A stretch of 38,446 nt of DNA, taken from contig JAZMZS010000135.1 in the NCBI GenBank assembly GCA_045586105.1, forward strand, positions 1-38,446. The letters run 5' to 3'. Shown here one piece after another: positions 1 to 7,275 of the stretch. Below the pieces are notes generated by a model, which saw only the letters and a list, made by a program, of their open reading frames with translations, searched no databases and was not told the origin of the DNA. Source of the stretch: Eubacteriales bacterium. GTDB lineage: Bacteria; Bacillota; Clostridia; Oscillospirales; CAG-272. Each line of letters starts with the position of its first letter. Within the stretch, counting starts at the first letter, position 1. The position numbers and the translations under genes are program-made.

Positions 1-4
1 TGGA

Positions 5-748
5 GTGTCACAAAACGTCTTTTATCATCATAAAGCACACAAGCATTCCTGCTTTGAACTGATCCTCAATTTGGAAGGAAGCGGAAACATCAAGATTGGT
101 GATGAGCTTTCTCCCTTTTACCCCGGGAGTATCCATTTGATCCCGCCGCATACCTTGCACGAGAAAAACTCGGAGGATGGCTTCCGGGATATTTTTATTC
201 AATTGGATTCTTGGGGAGATTCCTCGTATGAGATGGAGAAACATCACTTTTTGACCTTTTCGGATGATGAGGAAAAGACCATAGAATCACTTTTTCGCAT
301 GATGCTTTTGCGCTATCTTCGGCAAAAAAAGCCCGACGCAGTGTTGTTTGCTATGTGTGAGCTTGTCATGCAGTTGTCAAAGGAACGCTACGAGACAAAA
401 AAGGTCGATCCCACGGTGGAAAAGATCGTGCAGCAAATCACGCTTTCCTTTAACGATCCCGATTTTCGTGTATCCGACGTACTGGAGCATTCGGGATACG
501 CCAAGGATTACATCCGCCGCCGATTTATCGCGGAGATGGGAATGCCCCCTGCAGCGTATCTCACATTCATTCGAATCTCCAACGCCAAAAAGCTTCTGCG
601 GATGCAGGATCAGATGGAAAATACCATTGCTGAAATTGCCGCCATGTGCGGATATTACGATCCGAGTTATTTTTCCCGCGTGTTCAAAAAGGAGACCGGA
701 CAAAGTCCCGCGGAATATGCCGAGGAAAAGCAATCGCCAAATCATTAA
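5..748 (+). CDS. AraC/XylS family transcriptional regulator (cupin-like sensor + HTH); N-terminus probably cut by the window edge
   Basis: 247-aa ORF. The N-terminal half is cupin-like (GSIHLIPPHTLHE). The C-terminal half carries the double HTH typical of AraC (YAKDYIRRRFIAEMGMPPAAYLTFIRISNAKKLL ... CGYYDPSYFSRVFKKETGQSPAEY). The ORF opens at base 5 with GTG and has no room for upstream signals. It is shorter than the two other AraC genes here. Confidence 0.8.
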   Translation: MSQNVFYHHKAHKHSCFELILNLEGSGNIKIGDELSPFYPGSIHLIPPHTLHEKNSEDGFRDIFIQLDSWGDSSYEMEKHHFLTFSDDEEKTIESLFRMMLLRYLRQKKPDAVLFAMCELVMQLSKERYETKKVDPTVEKIVQQITLSFNDPDFRVSDVLEHSGYAKDYIRRRFIAEMGMPPAAYLTFIRISNAKKLLRMQDQMENTIAEIAAMCGYYDPSYFSRVFKKETGQSPAEYAEEKQSPNH

Positions 749-760
749 CTGTAAAAGTGA

Positions 761-796
761 AAAAAATCCGTACACCTGCGTGTAAGGATTTTTTTA
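761..796. terminator. Bidirectional rho-independent terminator between convergent genes
   Basis: A-tract, stem TCCGTACAC (767-775), loop CTGC, stem GTGTAAGGA (780-788, one mismatch), then T-run 789-796. It lies between the AraC stop (748) and the stop of the minus-strand gene (824). Confidence 0.6.
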
Positions 797-823
797 TTAT
801 CTTGACAAAAAAGATGTCGCATT

Positions 824-1267
824 TTATTGAAGCACAAATGGTTGTTCCACATCTGAATTCTTATCAATTCGAGATAATTTTATATGCTTAATAATAGAAA
901 CAATTTCAAGCACGAAAATTGTCAAATAATACGAAAAATATATGTAAATATTAATACCAAGTTTAGCGCCGACAAATAACATCATGGGAATTGCACCAAC
1001 AAGAAGCAATGCTAACACAATATTAAATATCGGGTGGATTCTCAAAAGCGCCTTTACGACAGATATAACCGCATCTACAAAATAGAAGATTAAACTCAAT
1101 ATTGAAGTTAGAACGGCATACACCCAAAAAGCAAATGATTTGCTAACACCGCTCTCGGGTTCAACTTCATTAATAGATACAATGAACGCAGTGATTAACA
1201 ATCCCAAGCTAAATATAGCAATAAGCATAGCTATCATTGCCGGTATTTTAGAAGATAATCTTTTCAT
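824..1267 (-). CDS. Small hydrophobic membrane protein (about 4 TM helices), unknown function
   Basis: 147-aa ORF made almost entirely of hydrophobic helices (IPAMIAMLIAIFSLGLLITAFIV; FAFWVYAVLTSILSLIFYFV; IFNIVLALLLVGAIPMMLFVGA; IYFSYYLTIFVLEIVSII). It is AT-rich, unlike its neighbours. No motif recognised. Confidence 0.55.
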   Translation of the reverse strand: MKRLSSKIPAMIAMLIAIFSLGLLITAFIVSINEVEPESGVSKSFAFWVYAVLTSILSLIFYFVDAVISVVKALLRIHPIFNIVLALLLVGAIPMMLFVGAKLGINIYIYFSYYLTIFVLEIVSIIKHIKLSRIDKNSDVEQPFVLQ

Positions 1268-1320
1268 ATATCCACCGCCTTTCTGAGTTTATTATAGCAT
1301 ACTTTGGGCTGTTTGTAAAG

Positions 1321-1500
1321 AGTGATGTTACGACTTCGTCGCAATGATGTAGTGCTAACGCACAGTGATGTATTGCACCTGCGGTGCAAAGTGATGTGAT
1401 GTGTTCCGCATCCTCACGCGCGAAGCGCACATCACTTGCGAAGCAAACATCACGCCCGAAGGGCACATCTCGTTCCGCGCAAGCGGAACACATCGTTCCA
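1321..1500. repeat. Dyad-arranged array of GTGATGT heptamers, each followed by a short variable hairpin
   Basis: Plus-strand A(G/A)TGATGT at 1321, 1343, 1364 and 1390. The reverse complement ACATCAC (two degenerate copies) is at 1429, 1447, 1465 and 1490. Hairpins sit between the motifs: CGAC-TTC-GTCG, GTGC-TAAC-GCAC, TTGCACC-TGC-GGTGCAA, GCGC-GAA-GCGC, TTGC-GAA-GCAA, GCCC-GAA-GGGC, GTTCCGC-GCAA-GCGGAAC. Confidence 0.7.
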
Positions 1501-1536
1501 AAAACAAAAGCACTTCTTACGAAGTGCTTTTGTTTT
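1501..1536 (-). terminator. Rho-independent terminator directly 3' of tRNA-Cys
   Basis: Perfect 11-bp stem AAAAGCACTTC / GAAGTGCTTTT with loop TTAC (1506-1531). T/A tracts flank both sides. It abuts the tRNA 3' end at 1537. Confidence 0.7.
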
Positions 1537-1610
<74 letters not shown>

Positions 1611-1647
1611 ATCCTATTCTGTTGGGTGTGTTTTTCACACGAATGAT

Positions 1648-1676
1648 ATTATAGCACACGGAAAATGCGTTGTCAA
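1648..1676 (-). promoter_or_regulatory. Sigma-A type promoter for tRNA-Cys
   Basis: On the minus strand: TTGACA (1676-1671), a 17-nt spacer, then the extended -10 TGCTATAAT (1656-1648). It lies about 35-40 nt upstream of the mature tRNA 5' end. Confidence 0.6.
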
Positions 1677-1762
1677 CACTTTTTTTCACTTTTTTAAAAG
1701 ATTGTTTTTGAATACTTTTTTGCTCTTTTAATATTATATGCAAAATACTTTTCAAAAAACAC

Positions 1763-1791
1763 TTGACAAGACGGTTTTTTTATGCGATAAT
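1763..1791 (+). promoter_or_regulatory. Sigma-A type promoter for rpmH
   Basis: TTGACA (1763-1768), a 17-nt spacer, then TGC-GATAAT (TG at 1783-1784, -10 at 1786-1791). It is divergent from the tRNA-Cys promoter. Confidence 0.65.
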
Positions 1792-1857
1792 GAGGAGTAA
1801 CAAATTGTCAATACAAAAATTTACACGCTTCCAGACCGTGTAAGGAGGTGCAATAGA

Positions 1858-1992
1858 ATGCTCAGAACATACCAGCCTAAGAAACGCCAGAGAAAGATGG
1901 AGCATGGCTTTAGAAAGAGAATGGCTACTGCTAACGGCAGAAAAGTTCTCAAGAGAAGACGCGCAAAGGGCAGAGCTCGTCTCACATACTAA
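1858..1992 (+). CDS. rpmH: 50S ribosomal protein L34
   Basis: Not in the ORF track because it is under 60 aa. RBS AAGGAGG at 1842-1848. Translation: [44 protein letters not shown], the canonical L34 sequence. It sits upstream of rnpA. Confidence 0.95.
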   Translation: MLRTYQPKKRQRKMEHGFRKRMATANGRKVLKRRRAKGRARLTY

Positions 1993-2081
1993 GATCGAGT
2001 CTATCGGCGGTTATGGCGGACACAGTTCCCAAATACCGCCTTTTTGCCGTTTTTTGCGGCATGCTGTCTCTATTAAAAGCG

Positions 2082-2128
2082 ATCTCCGCAAGACCACTCG
2101 TTTCGGTGCTTTTGCGGAGATTTTTATT
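2082..2128 (+). terminator. Terminator/attenuator hairpin between rpmH and rnpA
   Basis: 10-bp stem ATCTCCGCAA (2082-2091) / TTGCGGAGAT (2112-2121) followed by TTTTTATTT. An upstream GGCGG...CCGCC + TTTTTG element lies at about 2006-2044. Confidence 0.5.
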
Positions 2129-2169
2129 TGAATCAACCGTATTTTAATTTTTATTCGGAAGCGGAAATT

Positions 2170-2547
2170 ATGAAGTACAAAACGATTTGTGAGCATCACC
2201 TGTATTCAAAGGCCTACTCCAAGGGCAAGAAGTGCGTATGTCCCTCTATCGTGGTATACGTGCTGCGCGACCTCAAGGCAGGCAAGCTTGCACGCGCCAA
2301 TCCCCTCAAGGTGAAATTCAACCGAGTGGGGCTCGCTGTTCCAAAGAAAGCGGACACAGGCGCGGTAGGGAGAAACCGGGTGAAGCGGATATTGCGTGAG
2401 GCGTACAGACTCACCGAAAAGAATTATGACGTGAAGCAGGGATACCTTGTGGTCATCGCTTCCCGTTCGGGTGCCGTCGGCAAGAAAACGCCGGATATCG
2501 AGGCGGAGCTTGCAAGGGCGCTCAAAAAGCTGGAGCTTATATCATGA
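2170..2547 (+). CDS. rnpA: Ribonuclease P protein component
   Basis: Contains the RNR motif block [16 protein letters not shown] and has the typical small basic composition. It follows rpmH. I prefer the ATG at 2170 over the TTG at 2128, which lies inside the terminator T-tract. Confidence 0.9.
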   Translation: MKYKTICEHHLYSKAYSKGKKCVCPSIVVYVLRDLKAGKLARANPLKVKFNRVGLAVPKKADTGAVGRNRVKRILREAYRLTEKNYDVKQGYLVVIASRSGAVGKKTPDIEAELARALKKLELIS

Positions 2548-2792
2548 AGTATATATTTATATATTTGATAAAGTTCTACAGAAGGTTTATTTCACCGATC
2601 AAACCGAGATGTTGCAGGTTTACACCGACCTGTTCTGCCTATGCCCTCGAGGCATTTGAAAAACGCGGCTTTTTCGTCGGGCTTGCACTTACCGTGTGGC
2701 GGATACTCCGCTGCAACCCCTTCTGCCGTGCGGGATATGATCCCGTTCCCGAGAAGAGATGCAGGTGTGACGATCATAAACATCAGCGGTGA
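2544..2792 (+). CDS. yidD: Membrane protein insertion efficiency factor YidD
   Basis: 82 aa. The YidD signature [26 protein letters not shown]...[14 protein letters not shown] is present. ATGA overlap with the rnpA stop. Confidence 0.9.
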   Translation: MKYIFIYLIKFYRRFISPIKPRCCRFTPTCSAYALEAFEKRGFFVGLALTVWRILRCNPFCRAGYDPVPEKRCRCDDHKHQR

Positions 2793-2836
2793 AGAAATGA
2801 AAGGATGCGGAAACTTCCCGCATAACGGTAAAAGAA

Positions 2837-4045
2837 TTGTTCGATTTTATTTACGTATGGATAGGAAAGCTGCTATCGCTCTTTAACGGCTGGACGGGCA
2901 ATTACGTGCTCGCTCTGATGATATTTGCCGTTTTTGCCAAGCTGATACTGCTTCCTCTCGACATCAAACAGCAAAAAAGCAGCATCAAGCAGGCTTCCCT
3001 GCGCCCCAAGGAAATGGCTCTGCGCAATAAGTACAAGGGACGTAACGACAGAGCTACCCAGATGAAGCTGCAGCAGGAGCTTCAGGACCTTTATCAGCGT
3101 GAGGGCTACAGCCCCTTCAGCGGATGTCTGCCGATGCTCATTCAGTTTCCTATAATCATTATCCTCTACGGCGTTATCCGTTCTCCCATCCAGTACATCA
3201 GCGGAATGGAGATAGGTGTCGTTGAGGCAATGGCAAAGGCGCTCAACGAGATCAAAGAGGTGACCACCTTCACGGCACAGGACCAGATCTCGATGCTTAC
3301 CGCTATCAAGGAGCTCGCAGGCGAGGGACTTGAAGCGTTCGTGAGCGCAGTTCAGGCGGTAGATGCGGAATTTGCATTTGATGCTTTCCGTGACAGTCTG
3401 CCTAACTTCAGCGTGTTCGGAGTGGACGTCGGATACTCTCCCGCTCAATTCAAGACTGCAGTAGCGAACGGCAACTTCTTCAATATCATGCTGCTGATCC
3501 CGGCACTCAACTTTGTTATGCAGTACACTACAACGAAGATACTCAAGAAATTCCAGCCTCAGCCCGTAGTCGAAGACCCCTCACAGAAATCATCAATGGC
3601 GATCATGGAGTTCACACTTCCTCTGATGACTATATTCTTTGCTTATAACATGAGCGGCGCTATCGGCATCTACTGGCTCTTCCAGAACGTACTTTCGCTC
3701 GTTGAGAGATTCATCATCTCTATGGTAATGCCTCTGCCCAAGTACACCGAAGAGGAGATCAAGCAGATCCAGAAGGCAATGAAGAAGGACGCTCCCTCCC
3801 CTTCCTCCCGTCCCGAGAGAAAGGATGGCGAAAAGCCCCGTTCTCTGCACCGTATCGACGAGGATGACGACGACGAGCCCGCTCCCGCTCCCAAGAAGAA
3901 GAGCGATACTGCTCCAAAGGCGGAGGAAAAGAAAGCCGAGCCGACAAAGGAGGAGCAGAAGAACGCCGCTATTGCCGACAAGGTGATAGGCGAGGCTCCC
4001 GCGCTCAAGAACGAAAGCGACAAGTACAACAGAAAAAAGAAATAA
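2837..4045 (+). CDS. yidC: YidC/Oxa1 family membrane protein insertase with a long K/E/P-rich C-terminal tail
   Basis: Core blocks present: GNYVLALMIFAVFAKLILLPLDIKQQKS, YSPFSGCLPMLIQFPIIIILY, GAIGIYWLFQNVLSLVERFII. Synteny after rnpA-yidD supports the call. The TTG at 2837 is the first in-frame start and its RBS is weak, so the exact start is uncertain. Confidence 0.88.
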   Translation: MFDFIYVWIGKLLSLFNGWTGNYVLALMIFAVFAKLILLPLDIKQQKSSIKQASLRPKEMALRNKYKGRNDRATQMKLQQELQDLYQREGYSPFSGCLPMLIQFPIIIILYGVIRSPIQYISGMEIGVVEAMAKALNEIKEVTTFTAQDQISMLTAIKELAGEGLEAFVSAVQAVDAEFAFDAFRDSLPNFSVFGVDVGYSPAQFKTAVANGNFFNIMLLIPALNFVMQYTTTKILKKFQPQPVVEDPSQKSSMAIMEFTLPLMTIFFAYNMSGAIGIYWLFQNVLSLVERFIISMVMPLPKYTEEEIKQIQKAMKKDAPSPSSRPERKDGEKPRSLHRIDEDDDDEPAPAPKKKSDTAPKAEEKKAEPTKEEQKNAAIADKVIGEAPALKNESDKYNRKKK

Positions 4046-4064
4046 CTAAAGGACGTTCACAACA

Positions 4065-4964
4065 ATGGAAAAAAGATCATTCACAGCCACGGGCAAGACC
4101 GTGGACGAGGCTCTTGAAAATGCAAAAAAGGGTCTCGGAATAGAGACTATCGACGGCTTCAACTTTGAGATACTCGAGTATGACAAGAAGGGCTTTCTCG
4201 GAATAGGCTCCAAGCCCGCAAAGGTACGCGTATTTGAAGAGGGCGAGGACGAGGTAGCTCCCGCTCCCAAGGCAGAAAAGAAGCCCGAAGAGAAAAAGTC
4301 TGCACCAAAAGCTGAGCAAAAGCCCGCAGAAAAGAAGGCTCCCGCAGAGAAGCGCACTGACAAGCCCGCTCAGAAGAAGCACGAGCAGAAGCATGACCAG
4401 AAGCCCGCGCACAAGCCTGAGCCCGCAAAGGAAGAGGTAAAGGCAATTCCGGCAGGCAAGCCCGAGAACGCAGCTCCCATCGAGGACACCAACGCGGCTC
4501 TCGTATTTGTCCGCACCACTCTCAAAAATCTCGGACTTACCGCTACGGCAGAGGGATATATCGATGAGGAGGGCATCACCCGCATCATCGTATCCGGTTC
4601 TGACGCTACCATGCTCATAGGCCACCACGGCGATACTCTCGATTCCTTCCAGTATCTCGCTAACCTCGCGGCTAACCGTGAGTTCAAGTCGGGAGACAAG
4701 AATCACCACAGAGTTACCGTCGACATCGAGGACTACCGCTCCAAGAGAGAGCAGACGCTCCGTGCTCTTGCGAGAAGAATGGCACAGAAGGCTCTCAAGT
4801 ATAACAAGAATGTTATGCTCGAGCCCATGAACCCCTACGAGAGACGTATCATCCACTCCGAGATACAGAGCATCGAGGGCGTTTCAACCAATTCTATCGG
4901 AAGCGAGAACAACCGTAAGGTCGTTATCTACCTCACCGACGGCAAGAAGAAAAACGCAAGATGA
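4065..4964 (+). CDS. jag: Jag/KhpB-type RNA-binding protein (Jag_N + KH + R3H) with a low-complexity K/P/E linker
   Basis: Three blocks support the call: the N-terminus MEKRSFTATGKTVDEALENAKKGLG, the KH-like segment IIVSGSDATMLIGHHGDTLDSFQYL, and the R3H-like segment LEPMNPYERRIIHSEIQ. It sits between yidC and mnmE. ATGA overlap with mnmE. Confidence 0.85.
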   Translation: MEKRSFTATGKTVDEALENAKKGLGIETIDGFNFEILEYDKKGFLGIGSKPAKVRVFEEGEDEVAPAPKAEKKPEEKKSAPKAEQKPAEKKAPAEKRTDKPAQKKHEQKHDQKPAHKPEPAKEEVKAIPAGKPENAAPIEDTNAALVFVRTTLKNLGLTATAEGYIDEEGITRIIVSGSDATMLIGHHGDTLDSFQYLANLAANREFKSGDKNHHRVTVDIEDYRSKREQTLRALARRMAQKALKYNKNVMLEPMNPYERRIIHSEIQSIEGVSTNSIGSENNRKVVIYLTDGKKKNAR

Positions 4965-6346
4965 CTCGCCTGAACAGAACAGTTGCAGCAATATCGACCC
5001 CACCCGGCAAGGGTGGGGTCAGTGTTATCCGGATAAGCGGAGACGAGGCTATTCGGATAGCGGATCGGGTATTCCGCCCGAGATCGGGAAAGAGCGCGGC
5101 TGAGCTTCCGTCACGCTACTCTGCTTACGGAGACATACTGCTCGGGGGCAAGGTGATAGACGACGGAATGCTTACCCTCTTCCGTGCACCCGCATCCTAC
5201 ACGGGCGAGGACACGGCTGAGATATGCGCCCACGGAGGCGTGCTCGTCACAAGGAAGGTGCTCGAGGCTTGCCTGTCGGCAGGAGCCTCCATGGCTGAAG
5301 CAGGGGATTTCACCCGCAGAGCGTACCTCAACGGAAGGATCTCGCTCTCGGAGGCTGAGGCGATCGGAAATCTTCTTGAAGCAAAGACCGCGGGGCAGCT
5401 CTATCTCGCGCGCAACGGCGCCGAGGGCAGGCTCAGCCGTGAGATAAAGCGCATTTACGAAGAAATGTGCTCGGTCTCCGCTTCTGTCTATGCGCTGGTC
5501 GACTACCCCGAGGAGGATCTCGCGGAGATGTCATCAGACGAGATGTCGGAGCGCCTGCGCGGGATACGCGATTCTATAATTTCACTCAAGCGCACCTACG
5601 ACTCTGCAAAAGTCATAAACGAAGGAATAAAGACAGTTATCTGCGGATCCCCGAACACGGGAAAAAGCTCGCTCTACAACGCACTCTCAGGCGAGGAGCT
5701 GGCGATAGTTACCGATATCGAGGGAACTACGCGCGACACTCTGCGCACCGAGGTCGCACTCGGTGATATTCTGCTCTGTCTGTGCGACACGGCAGGCATC
5801 CGCGAGAGCGAGGATACGGTGGAGCGCATCGGGATCGAACGCTCGAAGAGTGCGCTCGGCGATGCTCAGCTCGTTTTTCTCATGCTTGACGGCTCGCGCG
5901 GGCTTTCGGAGGGGGATGTATCGCTTATCCGTGAGCTTTCGGGACAGGATGGCAAGTGCGTGATAGCGCTCGTCAACAAGTCCGATCTCGGATGCAAGGC
6001 TGATATAGGCTTTGTACGTGAGCATATCCCACACATTCTCGAGATAAGCGCAAAGGAAGGACGGGGGCTTGACGCGCTCTCCGAGCTTGTAAGATCCCTC
6101 TTTATAAGCGAAGAGATAGATCTTTCAAACGATGCGATAGTGCAAAACGCCCGTCAGCATTCCTGTGCTTCGCTCGCGCTTGAGGCAGTAGAGGACGCAC
6201 TCTCAGCGCTCTCGGCGGGACTTCCCCCCGACATGGCGGCATGCGATATCGAGCGTGCGATGGCGCTTCTGTGCGAGATAGACGGACAGAGCGTCGGCGA
6301 GGATATAACGAACGAGATATTCTCGAAGTTCTGCGTAGGAAAATAA
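4961..6346 (+). CDS. mnmE: tRNA modification GTPase MnmE (TrmE)
   Basis: 461 aa. Motifs: G1 GSPNTGKSSLYNAL, G3 DTAGIR, G4 NKSD. The C-terminus FCVGK matches the CxGK motif. The N-terminus TIAAISTPPGKGGVSVIRISG is typical of TrmE. Confidence 0.95.
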   Translation: MTRLNRTVAAISTPPGKGGVSVIRISGDEAIRIADRVFRPRSGKSAAELPSRYSAYGDILLGGKVIDDGMLTLFRAPASYTGEDTAEICAHGGVLVTRKVLEACLSAGASMAEAGDFTRRAYLNGRISLSEAEAIGNLLEAKTAGQLYLARNGAEGRLSREIKRIYEEMCSVSASVYALVDYPEEDLAEMSSDEMSERLRGIRDSIISLKRTYDSAKVINEGIKTVICGSPNTGKSSLYNALSGEELAIVTDIEGTTRDTLRTEVALGDILLCLCDTAGIRESEDTVERIGIERSKSALGDAQLVFLMLDGSRGLSEGDVSLIRELSGQDGKCVIALVNKSDLGCKADIGFVREHIPHILEISAKEGRGLDALSELVRSLFISEEIDLSNDAIVQNARQHSCASLALEAVEDALSALSAGLPPDMAACDIERAMALLCEIDGQSVGEDITNEIFSKFCVGK

Positions 6347-6350
6347 ATGA

Positions 6351-6381
6351 CAAAAGAGCTCCGAAGAGCCCCTTTGTTTAT
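6351..6381. terminator. Probable bidirectional terminator between convergent mnmE and the acidic-protein gene
   Basis: Imperfect hairpin CAAAAGAGCTC-CGAA-GAGCCCCTTTG (two mismatches). It has T-rich sequence 3' on the plus strand and TTTTGTCATTTATTTT 3' on the minus strand. Confidence 0.45.
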
Positions 6382-6393
6382 TAAATTCACCGC

Positions 6394-6828
6394 TCAAGCT
6401 CTTCTCTTGGGAACGAGAACGAGCACGAGAGCGACGATGGCGATAGCGATGATTATAAATATTATCACCGCAGCCGCGACCGACGAGCCCTCACCGTCAT
6501 CAGCTGCCGTATCTGCACCGCTGACGGCAGACGTGCTCTGCGCGGCAGAATCTGAGCCGGTCACGTCGAGGACGTCCGACACGAATTCGCTGACCCCCTC
6601 GGACACGTCATCTACCGCACCGCTGACACCGTCCATGATACCCGTTCCGTCACCGCCCTGCACCGTTCCCGCCTCGGGAGTAAGTGCGGAATCGGTTCCT
6701 CTGTCGGATACCATTCCGTCCTCGGGAGAGAGCATGGAGGTATCGGCAAACGCGCCGAATGCGCACAAGCAGAAGAGCAAGGACACGCTGAGAGTGACAG
6801 CGAGCAGCTTGATTTTTACACTTTTCAT
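6394..6828 (-). CDS. Secreted acidic low-complexity protein with a C-terminal TM anchor, unknown function
   Basis: Signal peptide MKSVKIKLLAVTLSVSLLFCLCAFGAFA. About 90 aa of D/S/G/V/T-rich sequence follows. C-terminal helix AAAVIIFIIIAIAIVALVLVLV followed by PKRRA. RBS-like AAAGG upstream. The antisense ORF 6347-6892 has no such features. Confidence 0.6.
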   Translation of the reverse strand: MKSVKIKLLAVTLSVSLLFCLCAFGAFADTSMLSPEDGMVSDRGTDSALTPEAGTVQGGDGTGIMDGVSGAVDDVSEGVSEFVSDVLDVTGSDSAAQSTSAVSGADTAADDGEGSSVAAAVIIFIIIAIAIVALVLVLVPKRRA

Positions 6829-6932
6829 CTTTTATCAACCTTTCGGGTTATTCTCTTTTTCGGATGCGCATGCGGCGCAGCCTACTGATTAGAATTATTT
6901 CCCGAAAAATAAAAACTATACACGAGTCAAAA

Positions 6933-7247
6933 ATGGAAAACAAAAGATTCTCAAAAAATGACAGCGGATTTATTTGCGAGCATTGCGGACGTGAGGTATC
7001 TCCTCTCGGGTACACCTCGCGCAATCACTGCCCTTACTGTCTCTATTCAAAGCATCTCGACATAAACCCCGGCGACAGGGCAAGCGGCTGCGGGGGACTG
7101 CTCGTGCCCGTTCACGCAGAGATAAGCGCAAAGAAGGGCTACGTCGTCGTGCACAAGTGCGAGAGCTGCGGAGAGATACACAAAAACAAGGCGGCGTCCG
7201 ACGATAATATATCGCTGATAATCAAGCTTACGGCAACCGAATTCTGA
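6933..7247 (+). CDS. RNHCP domain (zinc-ribbon) protein
   Basis: MENKRFSKNDSGFICEHCGREVSPLGYTSRNHCPYCLYSKHLDINPGDRASGCGGLLVP...HKCESCGE contains the literal RNHCP motif and paired CxxC motifs. I prefer the ATG at 6933 to the upstream start at 6864. Confidence 0.75.
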   Translation: MENKRFSKNDSGFICEHCGREVSPLGYTSRNHCPYCLYSKHLDINPGDRASGCGGLLVPVHAEISAKKGYVVVHKCESCGEIHKNKAASDDNISLIIKLTATEF

Positions 7248-7275
7248 TACATCTGATACAAAAGGAGATAACAAC

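Noticed and set aside
1321-1500. Possibility that the repeat array is a CRISPR array
   Set aside because: The units are only 18-26 nt in total, with a 7-nt conserved core. The motifs occur in both orientations. There are no uniform repeat/spacer lengths and no cas genes in the window.
1904-2131. 75-aa ORF overlapping rpmH in another frame and running through the terminator
   Set aside because: The overlapping frame 1858-1992 encodes a textbook L34 with a strong RBS. The 75-aa ORF has neither an RBS nor any recognisable sequence.
2128-2169. N-terminal extensions proposed by the ORF track: rnpA 2128, 6864, 8121, 10225, 12823, 17662, 21494, 24187, 26690, 26368, 30113, 34400
   Set aside because: In each case a downstream ATG has a properly spaced GGAGG/AGGAG-type RBS. 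That ATG also begins the recognisable domain or signal peptide. Several of the extensions overlap terminators, promoters or the preceding gene.
6347-6892. 181-aa plus-strand ORF antisense to the acidic anchored protein
   Set aside because: It has no RBS and a Ser/Thr/Pro/Ala-rich translation without a signal or TM logic. The minus-strand frame has a signal peptide, a C-terminal TM helix plus basic tail, and an RBS.
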